Positions 9,021 to 18,332 of a stretch of 34,932 bases of DNA are shown in pieces. The translations under genes were made by a program, and so were the position numbers. Numbering within the stretch: the first letter of the stretch is position 1; each line of letters starts with the position of its first letter. The notes below the pieces were generated by a model that did not search any database, had not been told where the DNA came from, and saw only the letters and a program-made list of their open reading frames with translations. Source of the stretch: Parcubacteria group bacterium (GTDB lineage Bacteria; Patescibacteriota; Minisyncoccia; Phycocordibacterales; UBA2135); assembly GCA_016204005.1 (NCBI GenBank), contig JACQLS010000034.1, forward strand, positions 1 through 34,932, written 5' to 3'.

Positions 9021-9216
9021 GTGCCAAAAAATAGGGAGGCTGTTGGGCCGACCATATTTTTTGAGCATCCCGTCCTTGTTTTTCCTCGGGAACCTTGTAC
9101 TTTCTCCAACTTCAAAATGACGCGGATGCTCTCGCGAAGCGCGGGCGCCGAATAGGCGCATCCCTTGTGAGCGAAGCGCTTCGCCGCAAAAAACATGAAA
9201 AACAAGAACTGGGATA

Positions 9217-9246
9217 GTAAAAACCCTCCGATTGGAGGGATTTTAC
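9217..9246. terminator. Intrinsic terminator downstream of the DUF378 gene
   Basis: GTAAAAACCCTCC-GATT-GGAGGGATTTTAC. Confidence 0.7.
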
Positions 9247-9278
9247 GTGAAGAAGAAACTGTTATGAATTTTGGGAGA

Positions 9279-9467
9279 TTACTTCTTAAAGAAGTAGAAA
9301 ATCTCAAAGAGTGCTGCAAGTCCGACGGCGATGTAGACGACTTGCGCAAGCATGGCATCCATGCCACCCAAGAGAACACCTCCGACTTCCCAGCCCAAGA
9401 CGAAGAGCAACCAGTTCAAACCACCGACGACAAGAAGCCAGAACGAGATTTTGTGGAGAACGTCCAT
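9279..9467 (-). CDS. DUF378-family small membrane protein
   Basis: LLVVGGLNW...VYIAVGLAALF pattern; 62 aa. Confidence 0.85.
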   Translation of the reverse strand: MDVLHKISFWLLVVGGLNWLLFVLGWEVGGVLLGGMDAMLAQVVYIAVGLAALFEIFYFFKK

Positions 9468-9573
9468 AATACAAAGGAACGATTGTTTGGATAATACTTC
9501 GACCTCAATACATTACATAAATACAGCTTTCCTACTAAGGATAGCAAAAGCGCCGTTGGCACAACAGTACTAG

Positions 9574-9582
9574 TTATCCACA
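9574..9582. promoter_or_regulatory. Perfect DnaA-box-like 9-mer
   Basis: TTATCCACA, intergenic. Confidence 0.45.
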
Positions 9583-9720
9583 CCATCAGAAGTTCAGCAA
9601 ATTAGCCCCAACTAGTATATTCTTGCGAGAGCGAACACGCCTTCGGCTTCTTTCTCTCTGTTGCGGAGTGAGGAGCGCAACTTCTAACGGTGCAGGCACT
9701 CCTCGCAGAGAAGGGCTCGT

Positions 9721-11001
9721 TCATTTTTTCCCGAGAGGGGCAGCGAGAAGCTTTCCAAAAGCAATAGCATACGCGGCGTCACGTAAAGACACCTTTTCTT
9801 TCTCTGCCCGCGCAAATACCTCCCCAAATGCATGCTCCATTGTTTCCTTGAGTCTCTTCCGAACCTCTTCTTTGCTCCAGACCTCCCCCTTTTTGTTTTG
9901 TAGCCACTCAAAATACGAGACCGCGACACCGCCCGCATTCGCAAGCACATCAGGAATCACCACAATGCCGCGTTCCTCGAGAATTGCGTCTGCTTCGGGA
10001 GTTGTTGGGCCATTCGCAATTTCCAAGATAACGGAGGCTTCCACTCTGGCGGCATTTTCTCCCGTAATAACACCGCCCAAAGCTGCCGGGATAAAAATGT
10101 CGCATGAGATTCCGAATATGTCTTCTCCGGTGATAACGTTCGCGTGATCGTCTGAGAGTTTTTTTGCGTCGCAGACAGAGCCCTTGCAATACAGTTCCGT
10201 AATGGAGCGCCCTTCTTCTTTTACGCGGTTCACTTCTTCGGGATCGAGGCCGCTCGGCTTGTGCACCCCGCCTTTCGAGTCAGAGACCGCGACAATAGTG
10301 TATCCAAGATTGCGGAGAACTCTCGCGGCATTAAACCCGGCATTGCCAAAACCCTGAATCGCGACGCGCTTGGTAGTAGAATCCATGAGGCCTTTCTTTT
10401 TTAGATATGCCTCGAGTACAAAAATAGCCCCATCTGCTGTCGCGGTGTCACGCCCCTCGCTCCCCCCCGCTTCGACGGGTTTGCCGGTAAACGCGGCAGG
10501 CGCCGGTCTCCCAATAACCTTCTCATACTCATCGCGCATCCACTGCATAATCTCTGGATTGGTATACACATCGGGAGCCGGAATATCTTTGTCGGGACCA
10601 ATATCTTCCGCGAAAGCACGCACATAGGCACGCGCCACTTTCTCTATTTCTTTTTTGCTATACCCCTTCGGATCAAATCCAACGCCCCCTTTTGCTCCAC
10701 CAAAAGGAATCCCGACAACTGCTGTCTTGATTGCCATCTCTGCGGAAAGTGCTTTGACTTCGTCTAGGCCTGCTTCGGGATGGAATCGTATGCCGCCCTT
10801 ATAGGGCCCTCGCGCATTTGAGAACTGGACACGATAGGCAGGCAAAGAGACCTTCTCCCCGTTCTCGCGCTCAACTACGAGTGTCTTTATGATACTTCTA
10901 TCCGGTTCACGAAGGCGCGCAATATCTTCTTTGGAAAGTCGGAGGATTTGAGCGGCTCTTTGGAGGTGTGAATGATAGGCCTCAAATGCACTGGTTTTCA
11001 T
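9721..11001 (-). CDS. gdhA: Glu/Leu/Phe/Val dehydrogenase (glutamate dehydrogenase)
   Basis: GPYKGGIRFHP, PFGGAKGG, DIPAPDV, IQGFGNAG, EIANGP, PDVLANAGGV. Start moved to ATG 11001 (MKTSAF), 6 nt after TGcTATCAT. Confidence 0.95.
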   Translation of the reverse strand: MKTSAFEAYHSHLQRAAQILRLSKEDIARLREPDRSIIKTLVVERENGEKVSLPAYRVQFSNARGPYKGGIRFHPEAGLDEVKALSAEMAIKTAVVGIPFGGAKGGVGFDPKGYSKKEIEKVARAYVRAFAEDIGPDKDIPAPDVYTNPEIMQWMRDEYEKVIGRPAPAAFTGKPVEAGGSEGRDTATADGAIFVLEAYLKKKGLMDSTTKRVAIQGFGNAGFNAARVLRNLGYTIVAVSDSKGGVHKPSGLDPEEVNRVKEEGRSITELYCKGSVCDAKKLSDDHANVITGEDIFGISCDIFIPAALGGVITGENAARVEASVILEIANGPTTPEADAILEERGIVVIPDVLANAGGVAVSYFEWLQNKKGEVWSKEEVRKRLKETMEHAFGEVFARAEKEKVSLRDAAYAIAFGKLLAAPLGKK

Positions 11002-11019
11002 GAACGTATGATAGCACAC

Positions 11020-11433
11020 TTAGCGTCCGCGTTTTTGTTCACGGGTGGCAACTTCGTCTTCATTCATACCAAAGTAGTGAGCAAACTCGTGCCACACTGT
11101 ATCAAAAATCACATCCCGAACCCTACTCTCGAATAGCGAGTCCTCACCACCGGCAAGTTCTGCCGCCGCCTCTTCAATCGGTTTTTGATAGAGCGTTATG
11201 GTGTCAGGTAATGTGGGTCCGACTCCGTATCCCTCTCCACGTTCTGTTGCCGGAATGCCGCGGTAGTATCCCAGGAGCGTTTCGTCGTGTCCAAGGCCTT
11301 CCTCTTTCCGCACTTCTGATGACGGCTCATCTTCTACTAAAACAGCCACATTTTTAATTCGATCGCGAAAACGCGGTGGCAACGCTTCACAACTTTCTAT
11401 AATAAGTTTTTCGAATGTTCTTCGAGATATCAT
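11020..11433 (-). CDS. Zincin-like metallopeptidase family protein
   Basis: LLGYYRG, PDTITLY, HEFAH (HExxH). ATGA overlap with the upstream amidase stop. Confidence 0.85.
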   Translation of the reverse strand: MISRRTFEKLIIESCEALPPRFRDRIKNVAVLVEDEPSSEVRKEEGLGHDETLLGYYRGIPATERGEGYGVGPTLPDTITLYQKPIEEAAAELAGGEDSLFESRVRDVIFDTVWHEFAHYFGMNEDEVATREQKRGR

Positions 11434-12674
11434 TTTCCACGGACTCCCTTGATTAGCGTGAGCGTCGACTCGTCTATAATTCCAGATGAAGAAAGTCCTT
11501 TCGCGTTTTGAAACGCCTTAACCGCAAAGGTGGTGCATGGCCCGTAAACCCCTGACAGAGGGCAACTCGCAAGTGAAAGCCCCGAAGGGGGATAATATCC
11601 TTCGATACGAAGTGCCGATTGAAGCGCAAACACATCTTTTCCACGCATGCCATCAGAAAATGTTTTGGATGGCCACTCATAGGGCAAGAGTGTTGTCGCG
11701 GAAACCCCTTCACGAGTGAGCGCGGTGGAGTCAAAGAATGTTTTTAATCCCAGATATGTCTGGTGCGCAAGTTCGCGCATGAAAAGGCGGCGAACTTCTG
11801 CGTCGTGAAGCTGGGGTTCGTAAATATAGCTATATTCGATGACGAGAGATGCTCCGTCTCGTGAACCATTTGAACCCACTGCGATAAGTTCTTGATCGGG
11901 GACGATAGGCCCTTCCACGCCGCTCGAAGTAAGCCCCTTCTCTTTCGGCAGATTGCTCGGCCCAACAACGCGCATAAGCCGTTCAGCTACGGTTTCAGCA
12001 AGCGCGGCGGAAGCGCGCGCATTTGGAAGCTGAGTCTCTGGGACGTAAATCGCGAAACCCGAATACTCGCCCGCTTCACCCGCCCTGCGTCGTGGGTAGT
12101 CATTGAAATGAAGATGGAGCACCACGGGAACATTCTGGTCATTCGCCCACTTGTTTATCGCGTAAAGCGAGAGGGAGACGTTATCTGCCGCCGGGTTGTG
12201 GTGGACGAGGCGACGCGGATCATAGAGGCCCTGGGCGGCAAAGTAGCGCGTCTTCACTTTCGATTGTGTCCGAAACTGTTCAATCGCGACTTTGTTTTCC
12301 TTCATATACGATTCAAACCAAAGCGCATACTCTCCATCGGGCGCACGGTTGATCATCGGGACGAAGCGCGGATCTTTAGCGAGAAGGTCGTAGAGGAGAT
12401 AACCGAGGGCCACATTGACATCGCTTTCTTTGAGCCCCTTGAATTGTGTTCCCCACGAATCGTTATCATGTCCCGGCACAATTAGAATTGGAAGAGGCCC
12501 AACCCAGTATTTGACGCGAAGTTCATCCGGGGAGAGTCCTACCCCAAAAATAGTATTTGCAACCAACTCACCAGGAAAACGGAGAACGGGTATGTCCAAA
12601 TACGCACTCCCGACAAGAAGAAGTCCTCCGATAAAGAGCGGCAGAATAACAGAAGGTGGGAGACGAGAAAACAT
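11430..12674 (-). CDS. N-acetylmuramoyl-L-alanine amidase (Amidase_3-like) with C-terminal peptidoglycan-binding domain
   Basis: N-terminal TM; IVPGH..E, LHLHFND, LVIEYSY zinc/catalytic pattern; GKDVFALQSAL...GVYGPCT..AVKAFQ PG-binding helices. Confidence 0.85.
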   Translation of the reverse strand: MFSRLPPSVILPLFIGGLLLVGSAYLDIPVLRFPGELVANTIFGVGLSPDELRVKYWVGPLPILIVPGHDNDSWGTQFKGLKESDVNVALGYLLYDLLAKDPRFVPMINRAPDGEYALWFESYMKENKVAIEQFRTQSKVKTRYFAAQGLYDPRRLVHHNPAADNVSLSLYAINKWANDQNVPVVLHLHFNDYPRRRAGEAGEYSGFAIYVPETQLPNARASAALAETVAERLMRVVGPSNLPKEKGLTSSGVEGPIVPDQELIAVGSNGSRDGASLVIEYSYIYEPQLHDAEVRRLFMRELAHQTYLGLKTFFDSTALTREGVSATTLLPYEWPSKTFSDGMRGKDVFALQSALRIEGYYPPSGLSLASCPLSGVYGPCTTFAVKAFQNAKGLSSSGIIDESTLTLIKGVRGK

Positions 12675-12734
12675 ACTTCTATTGTATCAAAAACCCGCGA
12701 TCTGCCAGCTGGCGGACGCGGGTACATCTATACG

Positions 12735-13031
12735 TTAATGAAGTTGCGCCTTGGGAGGCAGGTCATTCCGGTAGACGAGAACTGCCCCTCCATAGCTAAG
12801 CGTGGCGATAGTTTCAGCATCAACCGCCGCGGGATCAACAATATACAGACCATCTTTTTGCGGAACCGCGTTTGCGATTTTTGCGCGGTGCTGAACGCAA
12901 AACTTCTGGCAATCGTCTTGCCCCGCGTGAAGCGAATAGTGGACCACTTCTGTCTCATCATCGCTCGCAACCCACGGCTGACAATAAGCGACCGCGTGAT
13001 TGCCTGCTGCCGCATCTTGCGCCATCGTCAT
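12735..13031 (-). CDS. Hypothetical protein (98 aa)
   Basis: Own TTGACA-17-CATACT promoter (13065-13093), GGAG SD, downstream hairpin with T-run near 12690-12723. Confidence 0.6.
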   Translation of the reverse strand: MTMAQDAAAGNHAVAYCQPWVASDDETEVVHYSLHAGQDDCQKFCVQHRAKIANAVPQKDGLYIVDPAAVDAETIATLSYGGAVLVYRNDLPPKAQLH

Positions 13032-13141
13032 TGTGAACTCCGCACGAGTGTGTTGACTCCTGCGAGTATGCCAATCAAAGAAATATGTGTCAATACGAAT
13101 ACGCCCGCATGTCCCAAATTATCTTCACGATCCAAACAATG

Positions 13142-13717
13142 TTAAAACCGAGCTAGCGTGTAGCGCGCAAGCTTTTCTTCCAGTGTTTTGTAATTGGGAA
13201 ATGTTTCTTCAACGAGCCGCCAAAAAGGTTTGGAGTGATTCATCGCCGCGACGTGGCATAGCTCGTGCACGATCACATAATCGCGGAGGCGGGGCGAAAG
13301 AAAGATGATGCGATAATTGAAATTCAGATTCTTCTTGTCTGAACAACTTCCCCATTGTGAGACGAGGTTTTTAATATGAACGCCACGGTAATGGAAACGG
13401 TAGTATGCATTAAAGTGTTCGAGCCGCGAGGTGATAATGCTTCGCGCTCGTTCCTGGTTCAAGAGAAAATACCTACGGTTGGGTGGTGGTAATCGCTTCG
13501 CGCGCTCTGTTTTGGATTTTCGTATAAGCCCCAAGACCCAATCTGCCTTTGCCCGAAGGAAGGCTTCGGCGCTTCGCAGGGTGTCCTTTTGGGGAACAGT
13601 GAGCACCACGCCCCCGTCAGGGTAAATGGTAATACCAACCCTTCGCGCACGGGCGTTCCTTCTTACGGTATAGGGTATTTTTCTTCTCCCGAGTCGTGCC
13701 ACTTTGCGCTTCGTCAT
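13142..13717 (-). CDS. M48/YgjP-like (DUF45) metal-dependent hydrolase
   Basis: SQWGSCS, LNFNYRI, DYVIVHELCH...NHSKPFW. Confidence 0.9.
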   Translation of the reverse strand: MTKRKVARLGRRKIPYTVRRNARARRVGITIYPDGGVVLTVPQKDTLRSAEAFLRAKADWVLGLIRKSKTERAKRLPPPNRRYFLLNQERARSIITSRLEHFNAYYRFHYRGVHIKNLVSQWGSCSDKKNLNFNYRIIFLSPRLRDYVIVHELCHVAAMNHSKPFWRLVEETFPNYKTLEEKLARYTLARF

Positions 13718-13787
13718 GGCTCGGAGTGTATACCAGACGATGAAGCGAGCGACACTCCCGTGGCCTTCTTGTTTATGGCGTAATTGA

Positions 13788-13815
13788 TTGACAAATCATT
13801 AAAATATGATATAAT
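13788..13815 (+). promoter_or_regulatory. Consensus sigma70 promoter
   Basis: TTGACA-16 nt-TATAAT, with TG extension. Confidence 0.75.
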
Positions 13816-13865
13816 TCAAACGGCAAAGCTGAATGCCGAAAAACGTCCAAAAATCGTGAGGAAGC

Positions 13866-14609
13866 ATGGAACCAATCATCGGTCATCCAACCAACGGGTT
13901 TGCGGCAAGCGTCAAGCGACACACATTCGCTCGCGTCGTCGCCCCCGCCTTGCTAAAGGCAAACCGCAGAATCGATCAACTTCTCGCCGTCCCCTTTGTC
14001 TTGCTTGCGGACCTCGGCTACCGCTATGACGCGGAGTATCCTCTGGGCGGCATGCCGGTCATGTACATGGCGAACTATGGGAAATCCGAGATGGAGATTG
14101 CCGCTCTCAACATCGTCTTCCTGTCGAGTTGGGGTAAAGATGCGCCCGCAACCTCATGTACCACCTGCGCCTCGGGTACCTGCCAGAAGCCGCAGTACCA
14201 CTGGCACGCGGTACCCTGGCCGCGTCTTGTCGCCTATTACCTTGGCGGCTCCTCAAGGCAGAAGCGGCTCAAGCAATCGTTCGGCTATGACGGCAGTCTC
14301 TCCAAGTACCTCGCGTACGCAGAAGCCCTGCGTCTAGTGACGCACATTCGGGCGGAGGAGGAACAAACTGCCGAACACGTCTACGCCGGGCGCCGCGGTG
14401 ACCTGCACCTCTTTGAAGCGTCGCGCGTCAACGGAATCCCGCAGTCACTCGCCTTGGGTGTCGGCATGCTCGTTGAGCAGGGCTATGTGAAAGTCCTACC
14501 CAACTTCAGGGACGCTGACGGCACCTTGATCGACTATGTCATCCCGGCCGAGAAGATGCTCCAGAAGATCCGCTCCGATTTGGCGGAGAGGACGAAAGTA
14601 GCAGCGTGA
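13866..14609 (+). CDS. Hypothetical protein (247 aa), GC-rich orphan
   Basis: Consensus promoter, GAGG SD, own terminator; CxxC-x4-C..H cluster. Confidence 0.75.
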   Translation: MEPIIGHPTNGFAASVKRHTFARVVAPALLKANRRIDQLLAVPFVLLADLGYRYDAEYPLGGMPVMYMANYGKSEMEIAALNIVFLSSWGKDAPATSCTTCASGTCQKPQYHWHAVPWPRLVAYYLGGSSRQKRLKQSFGYDGSLSKYLAYAEALRLVTHIRAEEEQTAEHVYAGRRGDLHLFEASRVNGIPQSLALGVGMLVEQGYVKVLPNFRDADGTLIDYVIPAEKMLQKIRSDLAERTKVAA

Positions 14610-14626
14610 AGTTGCCTTGTGGCAAC

Positions 14627-14653
14627 AACCCCCCGACGGTGTCGGGGGGTTTT
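14627..14653. terminator. Intrinsic terminator
   Basis: AACCCCCCGAC-GGT-GTCGGGGGGTTTT. Confidence 0.8.
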
Positions 14654-14676
14654 ACGTATAGTCATTTGTTTATTCA

Positions 14677-15786
14677 TTATGGGGTGACAGAGAACTGCCC
14701 CTTCGTACAGTTGTTCTCTTCATTCGGCTCCTGTATACGATTTCCACTGTCGGCGCAGACTTCATAGGTGTGGTTGCCAGTAACTGCTTTCCAAATTGTG
14801 ATCCATTCAACCATCTTCTTCTCGCCTACGGGGATTAAGGACATACTCTTCTTCCCTGTCGCACTGCCATCAATGTACAGTGAAGCTTGTTGCGTGGTCG
14901 CCGTCTCCTTGCCCTGGTTCCCAACTTCCGCCCGGAATGTCACGGCCACTCCATCTTTTGGATCTGTTGGCGTGTATACGACAGAAGAAACAAACAGGTC
15001 GGCGTTATCCATCTTGGATCCAACCGAGAGTACGAGTGAAAGGCAGTTATTGCCCTCATCCGCTTCAACGGCGTGGTTCCCCACGTCGGCGCATACCTCA
15101 ACATGATGCGTCCCCGGGAGAAGCGTCCATGCGTTTTTCCACAGCAACATTTCTGTCTCCCCCTTTCCTAAGGGACTAATCTCTTGCGCGGAAAAGGCAA
15201 TATCGCGCGTACCGTTATTATCCCGATCCAAAAAAAGTTGCGAGATAATTTTTTCTTCAGCTCTCTTTCCTTTATTCTCAATGACAACCGAGAACGACAA
15301 AGCTTGCCCCTCATCGACAGGCGCGCCGAAGTGCGAGAATGCCGAAAGAGCGAAGTCGGGACCATTCACATCAGTTGGAAGCGCCTCTGCTGGGCTCGGG
15401 GCAGGTGGTACAACTTCTGCTGGGGGAGTTTCTTCTGTGGCTACACTACTCGCGGCGCTCGCCGCGAGGTTCAAAGATGCAGCAACGATGGGAAGTGTTA
15501 TTTTTGGTTTTGGTTTCTCCGGCTCTTTTTTAGGACTGACTGGGGCTTTCTTATCTTCTTCTTTTTTTATAACCTCCGTCTCGACAGCAACGCTTCTCGC
15601 ACCAAAGACATCTTCATACGAAAGAAGCGGTACTACATAGAGAGACATCCTTCCTTCATCCAGCACTATTGTTTCTGTAGGAGAATCTGGCGCAGGCATA
15701 ATGATTCCCGCGTGTACAGCAAAGGTCGCCCCGACAACGAGGCGCACGAGGAGTAAGCTCGTCTTTCTTGGAACACGACGTCTCAT
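14677..15786 (-). CDS. Surface protein with two CARDB (Ig-like) domains
   Basis: N-terminal TM, Lys/Pro/Glu linker, two repeats ending VCAD..N...E..E.NNC; start approximate. Confidence 0.8.
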   Translation of the reverse strand: MRRRVPRKTSLLLVRLVVGATFAVHAGIIMPAPDSPTETIVLDEGRMSLYVVPLLSYEDVFGARSVAVETEVIKKEEDKKAPVSPKKEPEKPKPKITLPIVAASLNLAASAASSVATEETPPAEVVPPAPSPAEALPTDVNGPDFALSAFSHFGAPVDEGQALSFSVVIENKGKRAEEKIISQLFLDRDNNGTRDIAFSAQEISPLGKGETEMLLWKNAWTLLPGTHHVEVCADVGNHAVEADEGNNCLSLVLSVGSKMDNADLFVSSVVYTPTDPKDGVAVTFRAEVGNQGKETATTQQASLYIDGSATGKKSMSLIPVGEKKMVEWITIWKAVTGNHTYEVCADSGNRIQEPNEENNCTKGQFSVTP

Positions 15787-15895
15787 ACTATACAACACAT
15801 ACTAGAACGATACACAACACTTTTCAATGCTCTAAAACGTACCGCTTACTATAGCTGTCATAAAGTAATACCCTTTCTTTTTCGTTCAATATCAG

Positions 15896-16573
15896 CTATT
15901 TGACGGCAATACTTTCAATGATGACGCTAGAAATCGGTCGGTCATACCCATCAGTCGGCACACCCTCTATCTCGCGCACAACCTCCATGCCCTTAGTCAC
16001 TTTCCCGAAAACGGTGTGTTTGGTATCGAGGAAGGTATTGTCAGCCGCGTTGATGAAGAATTGACTGCCGTTTGTATTTGGACCCGCATTAGCCATGGCA
16101 ATAGTGCCGGTAAGGTTCCTGTTCTCGGCGTGGATTTCATCCGCAAATGCATATCCAGGGCCACCAGTCCCCCATCTGTCTTTGAGCGCATCGTCTTTGG
16201 AGAACGGATCACCGCTTTGAATCATGAAGCCTTTGATGACGCGATGGAACTTCACTCCGTCATAAAAGCCACTCTTTGCAAGCGTGACAAAGTTCTCTAC
16301 AGTCTTCGGCGCGAGCGCGCTCAAGAGTGCGATCTCGATGTCGCCTTTATTGGTGTGTATGAGGACGGTCATGGGTGTTTGAGAAAGGGTTAGAACGGCA
16401 TTGCCTCCTTCAATTTTGATTGGGACAAGCTCCTCGAGACCACTCGGAACGCCCTGAATGGTATCCTCGATGGAGTTAATGCCCCCATCCTTATCCAGAA
16501 AGACAAGGGTCCCCGCAAGCGCGAAGACAATGACGGCAAAAATAATAATGCTTATGGTCGTGGCATTTCGCAT
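15896..16573 (-). CDS. Cyclophilin-type peptidyl-prolyl isomerase, membrane anchored
   Basis: APKTVENF, FHRVIKGFMIQSGD, AMANAGPNTNGSQFFI, HTVFGKV. Confidence 0.95.
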   Translation of the reverse strand: MRNATTISIIIFAVIVFALAGTLVFLDKDGGINSIEDTIQGVPSGLEELVPIKIEGGNAVLTLSQTPMTVLIHTNKGDIEIALLSALAPKTVENFVTLAKSGFYDGVKFHRVIKGFMIQSGDPFSKDDALKDRWGTGGPGYAFADEIHAENRNLTGTIAMANAGPNTNGSQFFINAADNTFLDTKHTVFGKVTKGMEVVREIEGVPTDGYDRPISSVIIESIAVK

Positions 16574-16622
16574 ATGCGGAGTATATCAGAAATGATATAT
16601 GTTACGCTCGCTTAATTATAAC

Positions 16623-16650
16623 AAAAAACGGCGGATTAGAAAATCCGCCG
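16623..16650 (-). terminator. Intrinsic terminator after guaB
   Basis: CGGCGGATT-TTCT-AATCCGCCG-TTTTTT on the minus strand. Confidence 0.8.
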
Positions 16651-16662
16651 CAACCATGTTCA

Positions 16663-18240
16663 CTATTGATACCAATCCGCCGCGTCATTTTCATCAAGAA
16701 ACCCCTCATCATCAAACGCTTCATCATCCGATAAATCCATAGCGGCGCTACTTACCGCTTCGGGAGTAACGGTGACATCGTGCGGGTCAGACTCCTTCCG
16801 ACCCTCCGAAGAAATGCGACGAAAATCTGCTTTCTCGTGAAGCTCCGGTATTGAGCTTGCGCCGACATAGCCCAACGAACTCCGAAGCCATCCTTCCAGA
16901 TTTCCGACGACCTCACTGACTGAACCCTGATACGGAACCACGGCCTCAACTCCCTCGGGGGCAAACTTATCGCTCTGACTATAGCGCTCGCGTGAAGCCC
17001 TGGAGTCACGCATTGCCGAACGTGAACCCATCCCGCGGTACACCTTTACCCTCTGCCCCTGCCGAAAGAGTGTCTCGCCGGGCGTCTCTTTGGTGCCCGC
17101 GAACATTCGACCCATCATCACACTTTCCGCCCCCGCAGCAAGCGCGAGCGTAACATGTGCCGGGGTTGAAATACCCCCATCAGCACATACGGGCACTCCA
17201 GAATCGCGAACAGCAAGCTCACACTGATGAATTGCTGTCATCTGCGGACAGCCCGTCCCCGTTACTGTACGTGTGGAGCAGATCGAGCCGGGGCCTTGGC
17301 CAACCTTGACGCCGTCTGCTCGGCCATCTTCAATAAGTCGTCTGGCCGAATCGCCTTCGGATACATTTCCGGCAACAACATCGAGCATGGGAAACTCCAT
17401 TTTTACGCGCCTGACTGCCTTGAGAACGCGCTCTGAATCACCGTGCGCGGTATCCACAACCACAACATCAACTCTCTCATTCAGAAGCAGTTCAACATGT
17501 TCAAGAACTCCATCTCCGACACCAATGGCGGCGGCAACGCGAAGATTCCCGCGCTCATCCGTATTGTGCATGTTGGTACCAGAACGGGCGCGCACAAGAT
17601 CGGAAAAAACAAAGAGGCCCGCAACGGTGCCATCCTCGTTTTCGAGGGGCAGTCGTTTCTTCTTCATCCTGACCATCGCCTCAAACGCCTCGTCGTCACT
17701 TATCTCCGGAGACGCAACTTCTAAGTCACTGCGCGGTGTCATTGCGGTACGGACCTGGCGTGTCTTATCAACACAGAAATCAAAATCCTGGCCGGTAATG
17801 ACGCCAACGAGTTTCCCATTTTCGTCAACGACAAGAAAGCTTTCAAATGGATATCGCTTTCTCCTTCGCTCATTGAGAACTTCTTCGACGGTTGCCGTGT
17901 CACGAACACATACAGGGGGTGGGTCCGCGATGCGTACATTAAGGTGATTCTTCACGCGAGCGACGTGCCACGCCTGTTTCTTGGGCGACATGTTGCGATG
18001 AATGACGCCGATGCCGCCAAGACGCGCCATTGCGATAGCCATACGATACCCTGTCACTGTATCCATGGCAGCGCTCACAAACGGCCGTTTTAAGGGACAA
18101 TTCCGTGAGAAGCGCCCGACAAGTGAAATCTTGGGAAGCTCTATTGTGGAATACCCAGTCTTTAAGAGCACCTCATCAAAAGTGACGGCATCCCGTTGAC
18201 GCTCCATCTCCGCAAAAAATGCGTCTTTCCTGCGCTCCAT
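16663..18240 (-). CDS. guaB: IMP dehydrogenase with CBS pair
   Basis: [23 protein letters not shown], catalytic [25 protein letters not shown]; GGAGG SD before ATG 18240. Confidence 0.93.
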   Translation of the reverse strand: MERRKDAFFAEMERQRDAVTFDEVLLKTGYSTIELPKISLVGRFSRNCPLKRPFVSAAMDTVTGYRMAIAMARLGGIGVIHRNMSPKKQAWHVARVKNHLNVRIADPPPVCVRDTATVEEVLNERRRKRYPFESFLVVDENGKLVGVITGQDFDFCVDKTRQVRTAMTPRSDLEVASPEISDDEAFEAMVRMKKKRLPLENEDGTVAGLFVFSDLVRARSGTNMHNTDERGNLRVAAAIGVGDGVLEHVELLLNERVDVVVVDTAHGDSERVLKAVRRVKMEFPMLDVVAGNVSEGDSARRLIEDGRADGVKVGQGPGSICSTRTVTGTGCPQMTAIHQCELAVRDSGVPVCADGGISTPAHVTLALAAGAESVMMGRMFAGTKETPGETLFRQGQRVKVYRGMGSRSAMRDSRASRERYSQSDKFAPEGVEAVVPYQGSVSEVVGNLEGWLRSSLGYVGASSIPELHEKADFRRISSEGRKESDPHDVTVTPEAVSSAAMDLSDDEAFDDEGFLDENDAADWYQ

Positions 18241-18280
18241 TACAAGAATCCTCCAGAAAAGTCTAGCGGGACTATATGAC

Positions 18281-18312
18281 AAAAAAAGGCGGAGCGCAAG
18301 AGCGCAACCGCC
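18281..18312 (-). terminator. Intrinsic terminator after nadE
   Basis: GGCGG-TTGCGCTCTTGCGCT-CCGCC-TTTTTTT on the minus strand. Confidence 0.65.
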
Positions 18313-18332
18313 ATGATACAGAATATTTTCTA

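Noticed and set aside
9012-9582. Replication origin
   Set aside because: Only two DnaA boxes, 560 bp apart with a gene between them; no dnaA/dnaN or evident unwinding element.
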